Assembly (NCBI GenBank): GCA_045661205.1
Contig: JAZRFE010000018.1
Location: 65,523-129,522 of the forward strand
DNA length: 64,000 bases
DNA from: Bacteroidaceae bacterium
GTDB taxonomy: Bacteria; Bacteroidota; Bacteroidia; Bacteroidales; Bacteroidaceae
Direction of reading: 5' to 3'
This document shows, piece by piece, positions 9,504 through 18,523 of the stretch. The notes beneath the pieces were generated by a model, which had not been told where the DNA came from, did not search any database, and was given only the letters and a program-made list of their open reading frames with translations. Numbering within the stretch: the stretch's first letter is position 1; each line of letters starts with the position of its first letter. Both the position numbers and the translations under genes were made by a program.

Positions 9504-12500
9504 ATGGCAAATTATAGCGAAAATCCGATATTGTCATCGGATGTAAATTGGAACGAGGAAGACCCTGCAAACGGTCTTTTGTGGTCAGGAAAATCTATCA
9601 GAGAGTTCCAACAAAAGAAAAACAAAGAGACAGAGATAAACACTGCAACAAAGGTGGGAGCATTGCATTTCGATGCTTCTACAATGACCCTTTATCAGTT
9701 TGCAAGCGAAGAGGCAAAAGAGTTATGGCTCAGTAACAACAACGAGGGATTGTTGCTGGGTGTTGTACCATTCAACTTCACAGGAACTCTCAACCAGATT
9801 AAAATTATCAACAATCTTGGCTCAACTAATCTTTATTACACAACTGAGAGCGAAGCTGTGGTTTTGAGTGTTGCTTTTCTTTCTCAACAAAAAAGCATCA
9901 CAGATGTTTCTTGGAGTGACGTGAACGAAGATTTTCGTGTTTCTGTAAGTGTAGACAGAGGCTCAAACGGCATTTATGAGACTATTATATCCGACCATTT
10001 GCTACTAAACGGTAAACTATTTACTGTCGATGTTAAGAAATATCTCGCCAATGGTGCCAATCGCGTAAAGATTTCGGTAAAAGGTGTGGACACAGGAATC
10101 AGCAAGAGTCTTGTTCTTACAGTAAACATCACTTCTATGTTTATCAGACCTGCCAATTTTACGTGGAATACTCCATTTATCGAGGGTAATATCTACCCTA
10201 TTGGAGGTATGAATATCGGTGGCAATCTGCAAAAACTCCTCAAAGTAAAAGTCAAAGGTAACAACTACGAAAAAAACTACACTGTTAATATTGGCTCGTC
10301 TACATACATTAACACTGCATACTACTATTCCGGAATGGAATTTCCCAGCATGGGCAGTGGCATCTATAACATTGAACTGTGGCTCGATGCTAACGGACTC
10401 GAAAGTGAGCATCTTAGCTATAATATCATCTGTGTTTCAAAAGCCGACGTAGCCACAGCGCAATTTGTAGCTCTAAACGAGATGAGTGATAGTGTACCTA
10501 ATGGTATTGAGAAAAACATTTTCGCCTACACTCTCTATAATAAGGGAGAGCAACAAAGCGACATAACAGTTCAAGTCGGTATTGATGGCCGCTTGCTTGT
10601 TGACGAAACACTCTACAATGTATCAACAGGCAGCAAAGTATACTACACAGCGGCAGTTGAATATGAAAGTGAAGCTGATAACCTTGAAGTAGATGTAACG
10701 GTAACAAACGGTAATACTGTCAATATCAAGAAACCATTGGATAACAGTGCGTTATACCCTGCCACAAAAGGTGCTACACTCTATATAAACGAGTCGAGAC
10801 GAAACAATACGCAGGCTAACAAAGAAAAATTTATTAATGAAGCCACAGGCGAAGAGATCAATGCAGTTTGGGAAAACTTTATTTTTGATACTGATGCCCA
10901 TGCTACCGACGATACAGGTAGAAAATGTCTCAATGTTCCCGCAGGCTCAAAAGTAACAATTGCAGCACAACCCCTTGCTAAATGGGGACGTGAAGGCAGT
11001 AAGACCATAGAGTTTGCATTCAAGGCGAGCAACGTCTCCAACTACAACGAGAACATCATCACCATAGCCAATGCCGACGGTAAAGGCATTCAAATCAAGC
11101 CCAAGAATGTACTTGTGCTCATGAGTGGTACAGCCAACAATAATACCCTTCAAAGTTACAACCTAAAAGACGAAGAATATGTTCATCTGCTCATCACCAT
11201 TGTCAAAGGTTATCAAAACTATGGCAACCTTTGTCAGATATACGTTAATGGTGTAAAAACCACCTCATTCGACTTCGGAAGCGAGAATTTCATCGTCTCC
11301 GCCAACATAGTTATTGGTTCATCTTCTGCCGATACTTATCTTTACAAACTGCGTGTCTATGAGCAGGGATTCGAGTGGGCTGCTGTCACCGACAACGTAG
11401 CAAACAGTCTCCCTACTCACGAAGAAAAAATAGCATACATAAATAATGTGAAATCCATCTTGGATACTAACTATAATGTAGACTACGATGCTGTTTACGG
11501 CAAACGTAATACGTTTGTCGTGGAGATGATTGATGGTGCCTCGTTCCCCGATAAACTTCACCCGGCAGGTGGTAAATGTAACACATGGATAAACATTGTA
11601 GACCGCATAGACGATGAGCTTGACGAGGAATTCAAACAACTCTTCAGTGGTGAATTAATCGCCAATCAAGAGATTGAAGGACAAGGAACAACTGCTATGA
11701 CCTATCTACGATGGAACACCCGTCAGAAATTAGGTGCAGAGTATGGCAAACGCAGAATAACTGCCAAAAAGAATGTTGCATCCTCTATGCACTCACATAA
11801 AATGGGTGCAACAAGAATGTTCAATGAACTTCACCATGCCATCGTTGGTGCAAACGAAGGTAATGGCCGAGTTGCTGTGTTTCAATATCCCGTTTATGGT
11901 TTCCAAAAGTTTACGGAAGGTACAACAACCACTTACCAATTTATCGGACTTTACACCATAGGTCCGGACAAAGGCGACAAAAAAACATTTGGATACGACA
12001 AGTACGAAGAGAGCATCATACATCTTGAGGGTGCCGACCACACCCCTCTGGGTGTTGGATTTGACTACCCATGGAGCGAACTTAAGTACAGTTCGGCAAA
12101 AGAATCACTCGGAGCTGTCAATACCAAAGGCGAAACAGTCTCGGCATGGGAGGTTGGTGCCGTCGGTAAACTTAGCACAGATAATGAGAGCGACGAAGCA
12201 GCTGTAAAGGCTGTGCTCAACACCGAGTTCCGCCCTGCCTATGACATTGTTTACAATTCCTCGACATTCATTAAAGGAATCACCTCTGAAGAGTATACCG
12301 AAATGACTGCCGACCCTATTGCATGGCGTAAAAAAGAGACTGTTGATGGAAAATCATATAGCGAACTTGAGTTCTATGTCGATGGAGAGTACGACCTATA
12401 TTACTACAATCTACAAGAAGGCAATTACAAAAAGAACGGCATAAACCTGCTTGCGCAGACAGGAGTGACATTTACTTCGGAAACACTTGCTCAAAAAGAT

Positions 12501-15062
12501 GAGAAGTTCAAAGCATGGCGCAAAACACATTTCAAAAATAACATGCAGAAATATTGGCATCTTCAAGATGCTCTATTTCATGATGCCCTACTCATCCTTA
12601 TAGGAGCATCCGACAACTTTAAGAAAAACAACTACCCTTATAAGTTCAAATCTCTTGCTGATGGCGGATTGTGGCAAAGAAGACAAGATGACCTCGATTC
12701 TATCTTCGACATCCTCAATCAGGGTTTTGCAGGAAAATCATACTCGGTACTCTTTGGTGACAAAAACAGCGGCGGAAGCATATTTCGTGGCGAAAACTCC
12801 GTATTCCACACTCTCATACAAGAGTGTTACCCCGAGGAGTTTAAAAAGATGATGCACAAAATCCTAGACAAGATGTCATCATTCTCCCCTTACGGTCAAG
12901 GAAGTATAGAGCGTCTCGTAGGTTACATAAAATCTCGTTTCTGGGATTATGCACAGGAGTATTTCCCCTCATCGGCCTACAACAAAGATGCAGAATGGAC
13001 ATACGAGGAGGCATGGAAACTTTGGGGTACACAATACACTGGTGCCGATGTGCATCCGCTTCAACAATCATTAGGTGCTCACTACGAGGCCGAAAGAGAT
13101 TGGGTAACATTGCGTATGCTATTCGTGGCATCGTACTACAACTGGGGAATATTCTCCTCGGGAAGCACCGATACATCCGAGGGACAGCTTACCTACCGTA
13201 CAGCCAGCGGAAAAACATTTACAATAACTCCGGCCATAGACTTTAATCCCACAATTCTTGTAGGTGATAGTGAGGTAAACTCGGCAGGCAGACGAATAAA
13301 TGCTGGCGAGCACGCAACTGTCATTGTTCGAGAAGTGGGAGCTAACGATACTCACGTCTATGTTCAGGGACTTGACTGGATAGCCGACCTCGGCGACCTA
13401 AGTGATTTGCAACTCGATGCCAACAATCCCGAATTGCTGATAGCCTCTAAGCGACTGAAAAGCCTGAAACTTGGTGGTGAGAGTACAGTAACCTCTAACT
13501 TAGGCAAGCTCAGTATAGGCAGTATGCCTTCACTCGAAGTAATAGATGCCCGCAATCTCGCAAACTTGTCGGGAGCAATCAACTTGCAAGGATGTCCAAG
13601 ACTAAAAACCGCTCTTTTTGCAGGAACAAACATAAGTTCAATATATCTTGCAGACGGTTCCAGAATAACCACCTTGCAGACAAGCGATAAGATGTCACAG
13701 TTGGTACTGAAAAACCTTCCACTGCTTACTGATGAAGGTTTTGAATTTACTGACGGAACAACTGTCGAATATTTGCGAATAGAAAATTGCAAGCATATAA
13801 ACGCGTTTGAACTTCTTAAGCAGTTGTACAACCTCGACAGTAAGAAACTCACTTCCATACGCGTTGTAAACTTCAATTATGTAGGAACTCGCGAAGACGT
13901 AACTATACTTATAAATCTTGCTAATAATATTGACAAAGATGGCAACTATAAAGAGTACAACGGTATCGATGCAAATGGCAATATCATTCCCGATGCTGAA
14001 GGCAGAAACTCTGTACCTGTGATAGAGGGCCGTATAGAGATTCCAAGTGCACTATATAGTGATGACATAGCCATTATTAACAATATGTACGAAGGCAAAT
14101 TGGCAATCATTTCCACTACCGGAACCTATTATGTCAAATTCGCCGACCCCGAAGTGCAGAGGATTTGTGTCGAGAATTGGGGCGATGGTACAGGTATCAC
14201 TTTGGAGCAAATAAAAAGTATAAGCAATATTGATAAAACTTTTTACAACAATACTCTCATCGAAACATTTGATGAATTAGGTAAGTTTACTTCGCTAACA
14301 AGTCTAAAGCCAACAGCTTTTAAAGGTTGTACTAATTTGAAAAGTATAGATATAAGCAACATTACTGTCTTTGGTTCTGAATGGCAGAACGGTCCATTTG
14401 AGGATACTGCGCTGGAAAGCGTGACTCTTGCCGAAGGTATGACCGAAACAGGTCAAAGACCTTTTATGAACTGCTCTAAACTGAAAAATGTGAAACTACC
14501 ATCAACGTTGATATATCTTGGAACAACCGAGTATGCTTATGGCAGCGGTGTATTTTATGGAACAGCAATAGAAGATATTGAACTACCAGCCCAACTACAA
14601 AGGATAGGCTCTAATGTGTTTTTTAAATGCCCGTTGAAAAGCATAAAATGTCCCAATACAGTGACCTACATAGGACAAAATGCGTTCCTGCGTTGTCCTT
14701 CACTAAAGGAAGTATATATGGGTGAGAATATCACCGAGATTAAGGCGAGTGTATTTGAGTATTGTACTGCATTGCGAACTGTGATAATAACTACAGTTGT
14801 CCCACCCACGGCTGGCAATAATATTTTTAGAGGTCTTACAAATTTTAATATATATGTGCCGAGTGAAAGTGTAAATGCTTATAAAGAAGCTACAAACTGG
14901 GTGAGTTATGCAAATCAAATTAAGCCTATCAATGTGGTATCTGTGCGACCGGGAATAGAAAAAGTCTCCGAAGGTGACCTCTATAAAGTGGGTAACATCT
15001 ATTGGAAAGCCGCTAATGGTCAAGACTTGTTGGAATGGGTAGAAATTTTTAATTTAGGATAA
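9504..15062 (+). CDS. giant multidomain protein: Ig-like repeats, LamG-like, CotH-like, LRR and BspA-type LRR
   Basis: The track ORF 9369..15062 overlaps the small ORF; the likely start is ATG 9504 (MANYSENPIL, about 1,852 aa). No signal peptide and no T9SS-like C-terminal domain are recognisable. A LamG-like segment lies at about 10900..11375 (IGSSSADTYLYKLRVY). A CotH-like segment lies at about 11500..13150 (IEGQGTTAMTYLRWNTRQKL; NNYPYKF...LWQRRQDDLDSIF). LRRs run from about 13370, and BspA/LRR_5-type repeats lie at about 14318..14930. Confidence 0.75.
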   Translation: MANYSENPILSSDVNWNEEDPANGLLWSGKSIREFQQKKNKETEINTATKVGALHFDASTMTLYQFASEEAKELWLSNNNEGLLLGVVPFNFTGTLNQIKIINNLGSTNLYYTTESEAVVLSVAFLSQQKSITDVSWSDVNEDFRVSVSVDRGSNGIYETIISDHLLLNGKLFTVDVKKYLANGANRVKISVKGVDTGISKSLVLTVNITSMFIRPANFTWNTPFIEGNIYPIGGMNIGGNLQKLLKVKVKGNNYEKNYTVNIGSSTYINTAYYYSGMEFPSMGSGIYNIELWLDANGLESEHLSYNIICVSKADVATAQFVALNEMSDSVPNGIEKNIFAYTLYNKGEQQSDITVQVGIDGRLLVDETLYNVSTGSKVYYTAAVEYESEADNLEVDVTVTNGNTVNIKKPLDNSALYPATKGATLYINESRRNNTQANKEKFINEATGEEINAVWENFIFDTDAHATDDTGRKCLNVPAGSKVTIAAQPLAKWGREGSKTIEFAFKASNVSNYNENIITIANADGKGIQIKPKNVLVLMSGTANNNTLQSYNLKDEEYVHLLITIVKGYQNYGNLCQIYVNGVKTTSFDFGSENFIVSANIVIGSSSADTYLYKLRVYEQGFEWAAVTDNVANSLPTHEEKIAYINNVKSILDTNYNVDYDAVYGKRNTFVVEMIDGASFPDKLHPAGGKCNTWINIVDRIDDELDEEFKQLFSGELIANQEIEGQGTTAMTYLRWNTRQKLGAEYGKRRITAKKNVASSMHSHKMGATRMFNELHHAIVGANEGNGRVAVFQYPVYGFQKFTEGTTTTYQFIGLYTIGPDKGDKKTFGYDKYEESIIHLEGADHTPLGVGFDYPWSELKYSSAKESLGAVNTKGETVSAWEVGAVGKLSTDNESDEAAVKAVLNTEFRPAYDIVYNSSTFIKGITSEEYTEMTADPIAWRKKETVDGKSYSELEFYVDGEYDLYYYNLQEGNYKKNGINLLAQTGVTFTSETLAQKDEKFKAWRKTHFKNNMQKYWHLQDALFHDALLILIGASDNFKKNNYPYKFKSLADGGLWQRRQDDLDSIFDILNQGFAGKSYSVLFGDKNSGGSIFRGENSVFHTLIQECYPEEFKKMMHKILDKMSSFSPYGQGSIERLVGYIKSRFWDYAQEYFPSSAYNKDAEWTYEEAWKLWGTQYTGADVHPLQQSLGAHYEAERDWVTLRMLFVASYYNWGIFSSGSTDTSEGQLTYRTASGKTFTITPAIDFNPTILVGDSEVNSAGRRINAGEHATVIVREVGANDTHVYVQGLDWIADLGDLSDLQLDANNPELLIASKRLKSLKLGGESTVTSNLGKLSIGSMPSLEVIDARNLANLSGAINLQGCPRLKTALFAGTNISSIYLADGSRITTLQTSDKMSQLVLKNLPLLTDEGFEFTDGTTVEYLRIENCKHINAFELLKQLYNLDSKKLTSIRVVNFNYVGTREDVTILINLANNIDKDGNYKEYNGIDANGNIIPDAEGRNSVPVIEGRIEIPSALYSDDIAIINNMYEGKLAIISTTGTYYVKFADPEVQRICVENWGDGTGITLEQIKSISNIDKTFYNNTLIETFDELGKFTSLTSLKPTAFKGCTNLKSIDISNITVFGSEWQNGPFEDTALESVTLAEGMTETGQRPFMNCSKLKNVKLPSTLIYLGTTEYAYGSGVFYGTAIEDIELPAQLQRIGSNVFFKCPLKSIKCPNTVTYIGQNAFLRCPSLKEVYMGENITEIKASVFEYCTALRTVIITTVVPPTAGNNIFRGLTNFNIYVPSESVNAYKEATNWVSYANQIKPINVVSVRPGIEKVSEGDLYKVGNIYWKAANGQDLLEWVEIFNLG

Positions 15063-15063
15063 T

Positions 15064-15267
15064 ATGGATATAAGGGAAGAAAATGGCATTACAATAATTA
15101 CTGCCGAAAATGGAAAAGTGTTACAGAGGATAAGTGACGGTGTGTTATTCGGAGACGAGGTGTGGCTTGGTAAGGCATTCACAATAGGAGGAAAGAGACT
15201 TAAGACCCCTATGCAAGAGCTACCCGAACATTTTACCGAAATTGATAATAGCGATGACCATGAATGA
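15064..15267 (+). CDS. small hypothetical protein (67 aa)
   Basis: ATG lies 1 nt after the giant gene stop. It occupies the position of the small ORFs usually found between fibre and holin genes in phages. Confidence 0.5.
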   Translation: MDIREENGITIITAENGKVLQRISDGVLFGDEVWLGKAFTIGGKRLKTPMQELPEHFTEIDNSDDHE

Positions 15268-15745
15268 TTTTATTACTTTCATTAAAGCTACCATCATTGG
15301 ACTTTTGTCGGAAATTCTTGCCTTTTTTGCGCCTATCGAGAGCAATTTTATAGCCCTCGTATGGCTCTTTGGTATGAACTTTGTGTTTGGTCTTTTGAGT
15401 GACGTGCTGCGAGGTAAGGATTTCTCCATGCGCAAGGCGATAACCTGCATTACACATGCGGCAATGTTTTTTGCGTTGTGTGCATCACTCTATGGCATTG
15501 GCTATTTTCAGAACTTATGCGAGGAGATGCTCAACCAATGCGTGTCGTCGTTCTGTTGGATTTTAGTATATTGTTACTCTACAAACATTGTAAGAAATGT
15601 ACGTACTATTTTGCGCAGTGAAACACCTGCATATAGAACACTTGACCTACTCTACAATGGCTTGACTCTTGCATTTGTAAGGACTCTGCCGTTTATTGCT
15701 GAAATTCTGAAACAGAGAAAGGAGGAACGCCATGCAAACAAGTGA
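15242..15745 (+). CDS. holin-like membrane protein
   Basis: 167 aa (the start may be M5 or M7, at 15254 or 15260). It has about four hydrophobic helices and a charged C-terminal tail (KQRKEERHANK). It sits immediately upstream of the endolysin and overlaps it. Confidence 0.6.
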   Translation: MIIAMTMNDFITFIKATIIGLLSEILAFFAPIESNFIALVWLFGMNFVFGLLSDVLRGKDFSMRKAITCITHAAMFFALCASLYGIGYFQNLCEEMLNQCVSSFCWILVYCYSTNIVRNVRTILRSETPAYRTLDLLYNGLTLAFVRTLPFIAEILKQRKEERHANK

Positions 15746-16190
15746 TATTGGATTGAGGTGTATAATTGCCTTCGAGGGTATGGAATTGAATGCCTACAAG
15801 TGTCCTGGCGGAGTATGGACCATAGGCATAGGACATACAGGAGATGTAGATGGTGTGCCCATAAGCAAGGGAATGCTAATTACAAAGGCCGATGCAATGG
15901 AACTGTTACGAGAGGATGTTAAGCGCATAGAGCGTTATCTGAATCGTCAGCCATTTGTTGGGCGTTTGACACAAGGCATGTTCGACGCACTGGTGAGCTT
16001 TATATTTAATGTGGGTACATCAGCTTTTGAAACCTCGACAATGAGAAAGCAACTGTGCATAAACGCTACAAGCGATGAAATAGTCAAAGAGTTTCATAAA
16101 TGGGTTTATGGCACCGTGAACGGTAAAAAGAAGAAACTCGATGGGCTTGTGAGACGTCGCAAGCACGAAGCTGCCATGTTCATCAATTAA
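15732..16190 (+). CDS. GH24 phage-type lysozyme (endolysin)
   Basis: 152 aa. Contains FEGMELNAYKCPGGVWTIGIGH, which matches the E-x8-(D/C)-x5-T catalytic pattern of T4/lambdoid lysozymes. Confidence 0.88.
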   Translation: MQTSDIGLRCIIAFEGMELNAYKCPGGVWTIGIGHTGDVDGVPISKGMLITKADAMELLREDVKRIERYLNRQPFVGRLTQGMFDALVSFIFNVGTSAFETSTMRKQLCINATSDEIVKEFHKWVYGTVNGKKKKLDGLVRRRKHEAAMFIN

Positions 16191-16192
16191 GT

Positions 16193-16585
16193 TTGCACAA
16201 AGCAATGCAAAAAGTATTGTTCTCTACTATAATTCTGATGCTTTTTTGTAGTTGTACTACTTCGGGTTATCTGCCTGTTGAGAGCGTCAGGGTGGATAGC
16301 ATCTTCGTATGCAAGGTTGAACGCGACAGTATCTACGAGCGCGACAGTGTGTTTGTTGCCGTAAAGGCAGACACGGTTTTTCTCACAAAAGTTCAGTATC
16401 GCTATCGCGATAGATGTGTACGTGACACAGTGAGTGTTTTGTGTTGCGATACTGTTACAAATGTTTTTCAAGTGGAGAAAAGCCTCACTTTTTGGGAGCA
16501 TATGAAACTACTGTTGGGAGAGATTGTCATGTGGGGCTCTCCTTTGCTTATTGGGCTGATGATTATTGCTCGCAAGCTATTCTGA
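16193..16585 (+). CDS. unimolecular-spanin-like lipoprotein
   Basis: 130 aa. It has an N-terminal lipoprotein signal (ILMLFCSC), a predicted beta-rich middle and a C-terminal TM helix (GSPLLIGLMIIARKLF). It starts 2 nt after the endolysin stop. Confidence 0.55.
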   Translation: MHKAMQKVLFSTIILMLFCSCTTSGYLPVESVRVDSIFVCKVERDSIYERDSVFVAVKADTVFLTKVQYRYRDRCVRDTVSVLCCDTVTNVFQVEKSLTFWEHMKLLLGEIVMWGSPLLIGLMIIARKLF

Positions 16586-16592
16586 AAAGAGT

Positions 16593-16630
16593 AAATCCTG
16601 TCTATTCGTAGAAATAGACAGGATTTTTCT
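16593..16630 (+). terminator. strong hairpin terminator between convergent genes
   Basis: Perfect 14-bp stem AAATCCTGTCTATT / AATAGACAGGATTT (16593..16606 / 16613..16626), 6-nt loop, T-rich tail. Confidence 0.8.
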
Positions 16631-16647
16631 GATATATTCTTAATGTA

Positions 16648-17118
16648 TTATTCCTCAATCTCAAATGGCATAAATCCCATCTCTTCAGCAGCCTTTTCTT
16701 TAGTCATGCAAAAGAATGTAGCCACCGAACGACAACACAAATCCTTATTACCATCATATATGCAGGCCTCAATTTCTGCCAGGTTGCGACGCTGGTTCAA
16801 TACTCGGCCACGAATCTCCAAACACTCTTCATTTGTGGAAATTGATTTCTTGAACTGCAACTCCATTTTAGCTGTTACGGCAGCAGTCTGCAATTTGCGC
16901 GACACCACCCAACCGCTTGTTTCGTCGAGTAGCAAAGCCTGGATACCACCATGCAACACATCTATCCAACCTTGATACCTCGCTTGAGGTTTCCAAAGGC
17001 AAACTACATCGTCGCCGTCCTCGTAAAATTCCATTTTAAGACCGGCCTCGTTTGTAGGGCAACAACCAATACACTGGTAGCCCTCTTTACCTATCCAGGG
17101 ATTTTTAATCTTCTTCAT
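16648..17118 (-). CDS. PaaI-family (hotdog) thioesterase
   Basis: 156 aa. Has an N-terminal CIGCCP zinc-ribbon-like motif and the VLHGGIQALLLDE hotdog core. Confidence 0.7.
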   Translation of the reverse strand: MKKIKNPWIGKEGYQCIGCCPTNEAGLKMEFYEDGDDVVCLWKPQARYQGWIDVLHGGIQALLLDETSGWVVSRKLQTAAVTAKMELQFKKSISTNEECLEIRGRVLNQRRNLAEIEACIYDGNKDLCCRSVATFFCMTKEKAAEEMGFMPFEIEE

Positions 17119-17205
17119 ACTAATTGCACATTTTTGATTTATTGTGCAAAGATAGCAACAAAATCTTCATTTACTAAGAAAAGTGTTCCAAAATATAATA
17201 AACAC

Positions 17206-17239
17206 AAAAATGGTCAGAGATTAATCTCTGACCATTTTT
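17206..17239 (-). terminator. terminator after the serine hydrolase gene
   Basis: Palindrome TGGTCAGAGA-TTAA-TCTCTGACCA flanked by A5 and T5 runs, 15 nt past the stop. Confidence 0.7.
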
Positions 17240-17253
17240 GTAGCGCATAGCTA

Positions 17254-18498
17254 TTATTTCTTATTCTCACCTATTCTGCCTGTGTACTTATCCTCAGACT
17301 TTTCGAAAGGCTGTGCAAAGAACTTTTCTGCCGCTTTGTTTACTTCTGACAACCAGGGCTGTGGGCCACCTGCGCACTGTACAACCCAAAGTTTAAGCTC
17401 CTTCTTGTGCCAGTTTACGTAGCAGTTTGTACCCCATGCACCACCGTGGCCGAACCAAGCATTTTCACCATCCTTGACAGGAGCTGCGAGACCCAAAGAA
17501 TAGCCACCGAATTGTTCGGGACGAGTAGTTACAGCAAGGATAGATTTCACAGTCTCCTCTTTGAGAATGCGAACACCATTCTCGCCAACACCCAGGTTCA
17601 TAAGCATCTTGTAGAACTTGAGCTGGTCGTTAGCTGTGGTCCACAGACCTGCACCTGCCGACGCAAATACGTGCGAGTCGTTGTAGGGACGCTGCTGCCA
17701 AGCCATCTCTTCGTGCCATTGGGCAGGAGCATTATTTTTGTATTCATAGAGCTCTATCTTATTCTCAATCTGCTTGTCTGTGGGCCAGAAACTTGTAGAC
17801 TTCATACCCAAGGGGTCAAGCACCTCTTTCTTAAGGTAGTCTTCCCATTTCATGCCTGTAACCACCTCAACGATAGCAGCACCAATGTCGATACCGGTGT
17901 TAGAGTAAGTTTCGCGCGTTCCGGGCTCAAACAAGATGGGCGAAGCTGCTGCAATTGATGCCACCTGACGAAGGGGAGCACCACCACTCCATCCACCACC
18001 TCTGACGTCGTTGCGTTTTGCGCTTATTTCAAAGGGGAAGCCACCAGTGTGGTTGAGCACCATGCGCACTGTGAGCACGTTCTTTGCTCTGCGAAGAATG
18101 CGTACACCATCTTTATCATACTCCTGAATCCACAGTTCTCTGAACTCGGGAAGATATTTTGAAACAGGGTCATCGAGTGTTATTTTTCCCTCTTCAACCA
18201 ACTTGGCAATGGTTACGCCACAGAAACCTTTGGTCTGTGAACACTGCATGAAAGCATTATCAAGATTGATTTTGCGCTTTGAAGCAACATCGGCATAACC
18301 GATACAGCAAGTCTCTTGTACACCATCCTTGTAGAATACGTTGATAGCACCCGCAAGTTGTCCACTCTCTACGTAAGGCTGCAACACCTCTTGCGCGTAA
18401 GTAGTTTTAGAGTCCTTTGCTTTCTGCGCCACAGCTGTTGTGCTGAATAAGACGAATGTCGCCAGCAGGACGCATGTAAATTTAATACTTCTTTTCAT
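17254..18498 (-). CDS. serine hydrolase, beta-lactamase/PBP family (secreted)
   Basis: 414 aa with a signal peptide, the S-x-x-K motif SQTK and the Y-x-N motif YSN. Confidence 0.8.
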   Translation of the reverse strand: MKRSIKFTCVLLATFVLFSTTAVAQKAKDSKTTYAQEVLQPYVESGQLAGAINVFYKDGVQETCCIGYADVASKRKINLDNAFMQCSQTKGFCGVTIAKLVEEGKITLDDPVSKYLPEFRELWIQEYDKDGVRILRRAKNVLTVRMVLNHTGGFPFEISAKRNDVRGGGWSGGAPLRQVASIAAASPILFEPGTRETYSNTGIDIGAAIVEVVTGMKWEDYLKKEVLDPLGMKSTSFWPTDKQIENKIELYEYKNNAPAQWHEEMAWQQRPYNDSHVFASAGAGLWTTANDQLKFYKMLMNLGVGENGVRILKEETVKSILAVTTRPEQFGGYSLGLAAPVKDGENAWFGHGGAWGTNCYVNWHKKELKLWVVQCAGGPQPWLSEVNKAAEKFFAQPFEKSEDKYTGRIGENKK

Positions 18499-18523
18499 AT
18501 TTCTTGTATTTTTAAGATAAGTA

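Larger units (their letters stand above)
8208..16630 (+). mobile_element. phage-derived locus A: fibre-like gene, giant LRR protein and lysis cassette, with no integrase, capsid or tail genes
   Basis: Seven co-oriented genes with gaps of 19 nt or less, or overlaps, bounded by strong terminators at 8042..8076 and 16593..16630. The content matches the 3' end of a tailed-phage genome. Core genes flank both sides (htpG, thioesterase). Confidence 0.7.

Noticed and set aside
14900-15062. A T9SS C-terminal sorting domain on the giant LRR protein.
   Set aside because: The last 80 aa or so (…VRPGIEKVSEGDLYKVGNIYWKAANGQDLLEWVEIFNLG) do not resemble the Por-secretion tail pattern I know. An HMM check is needed.
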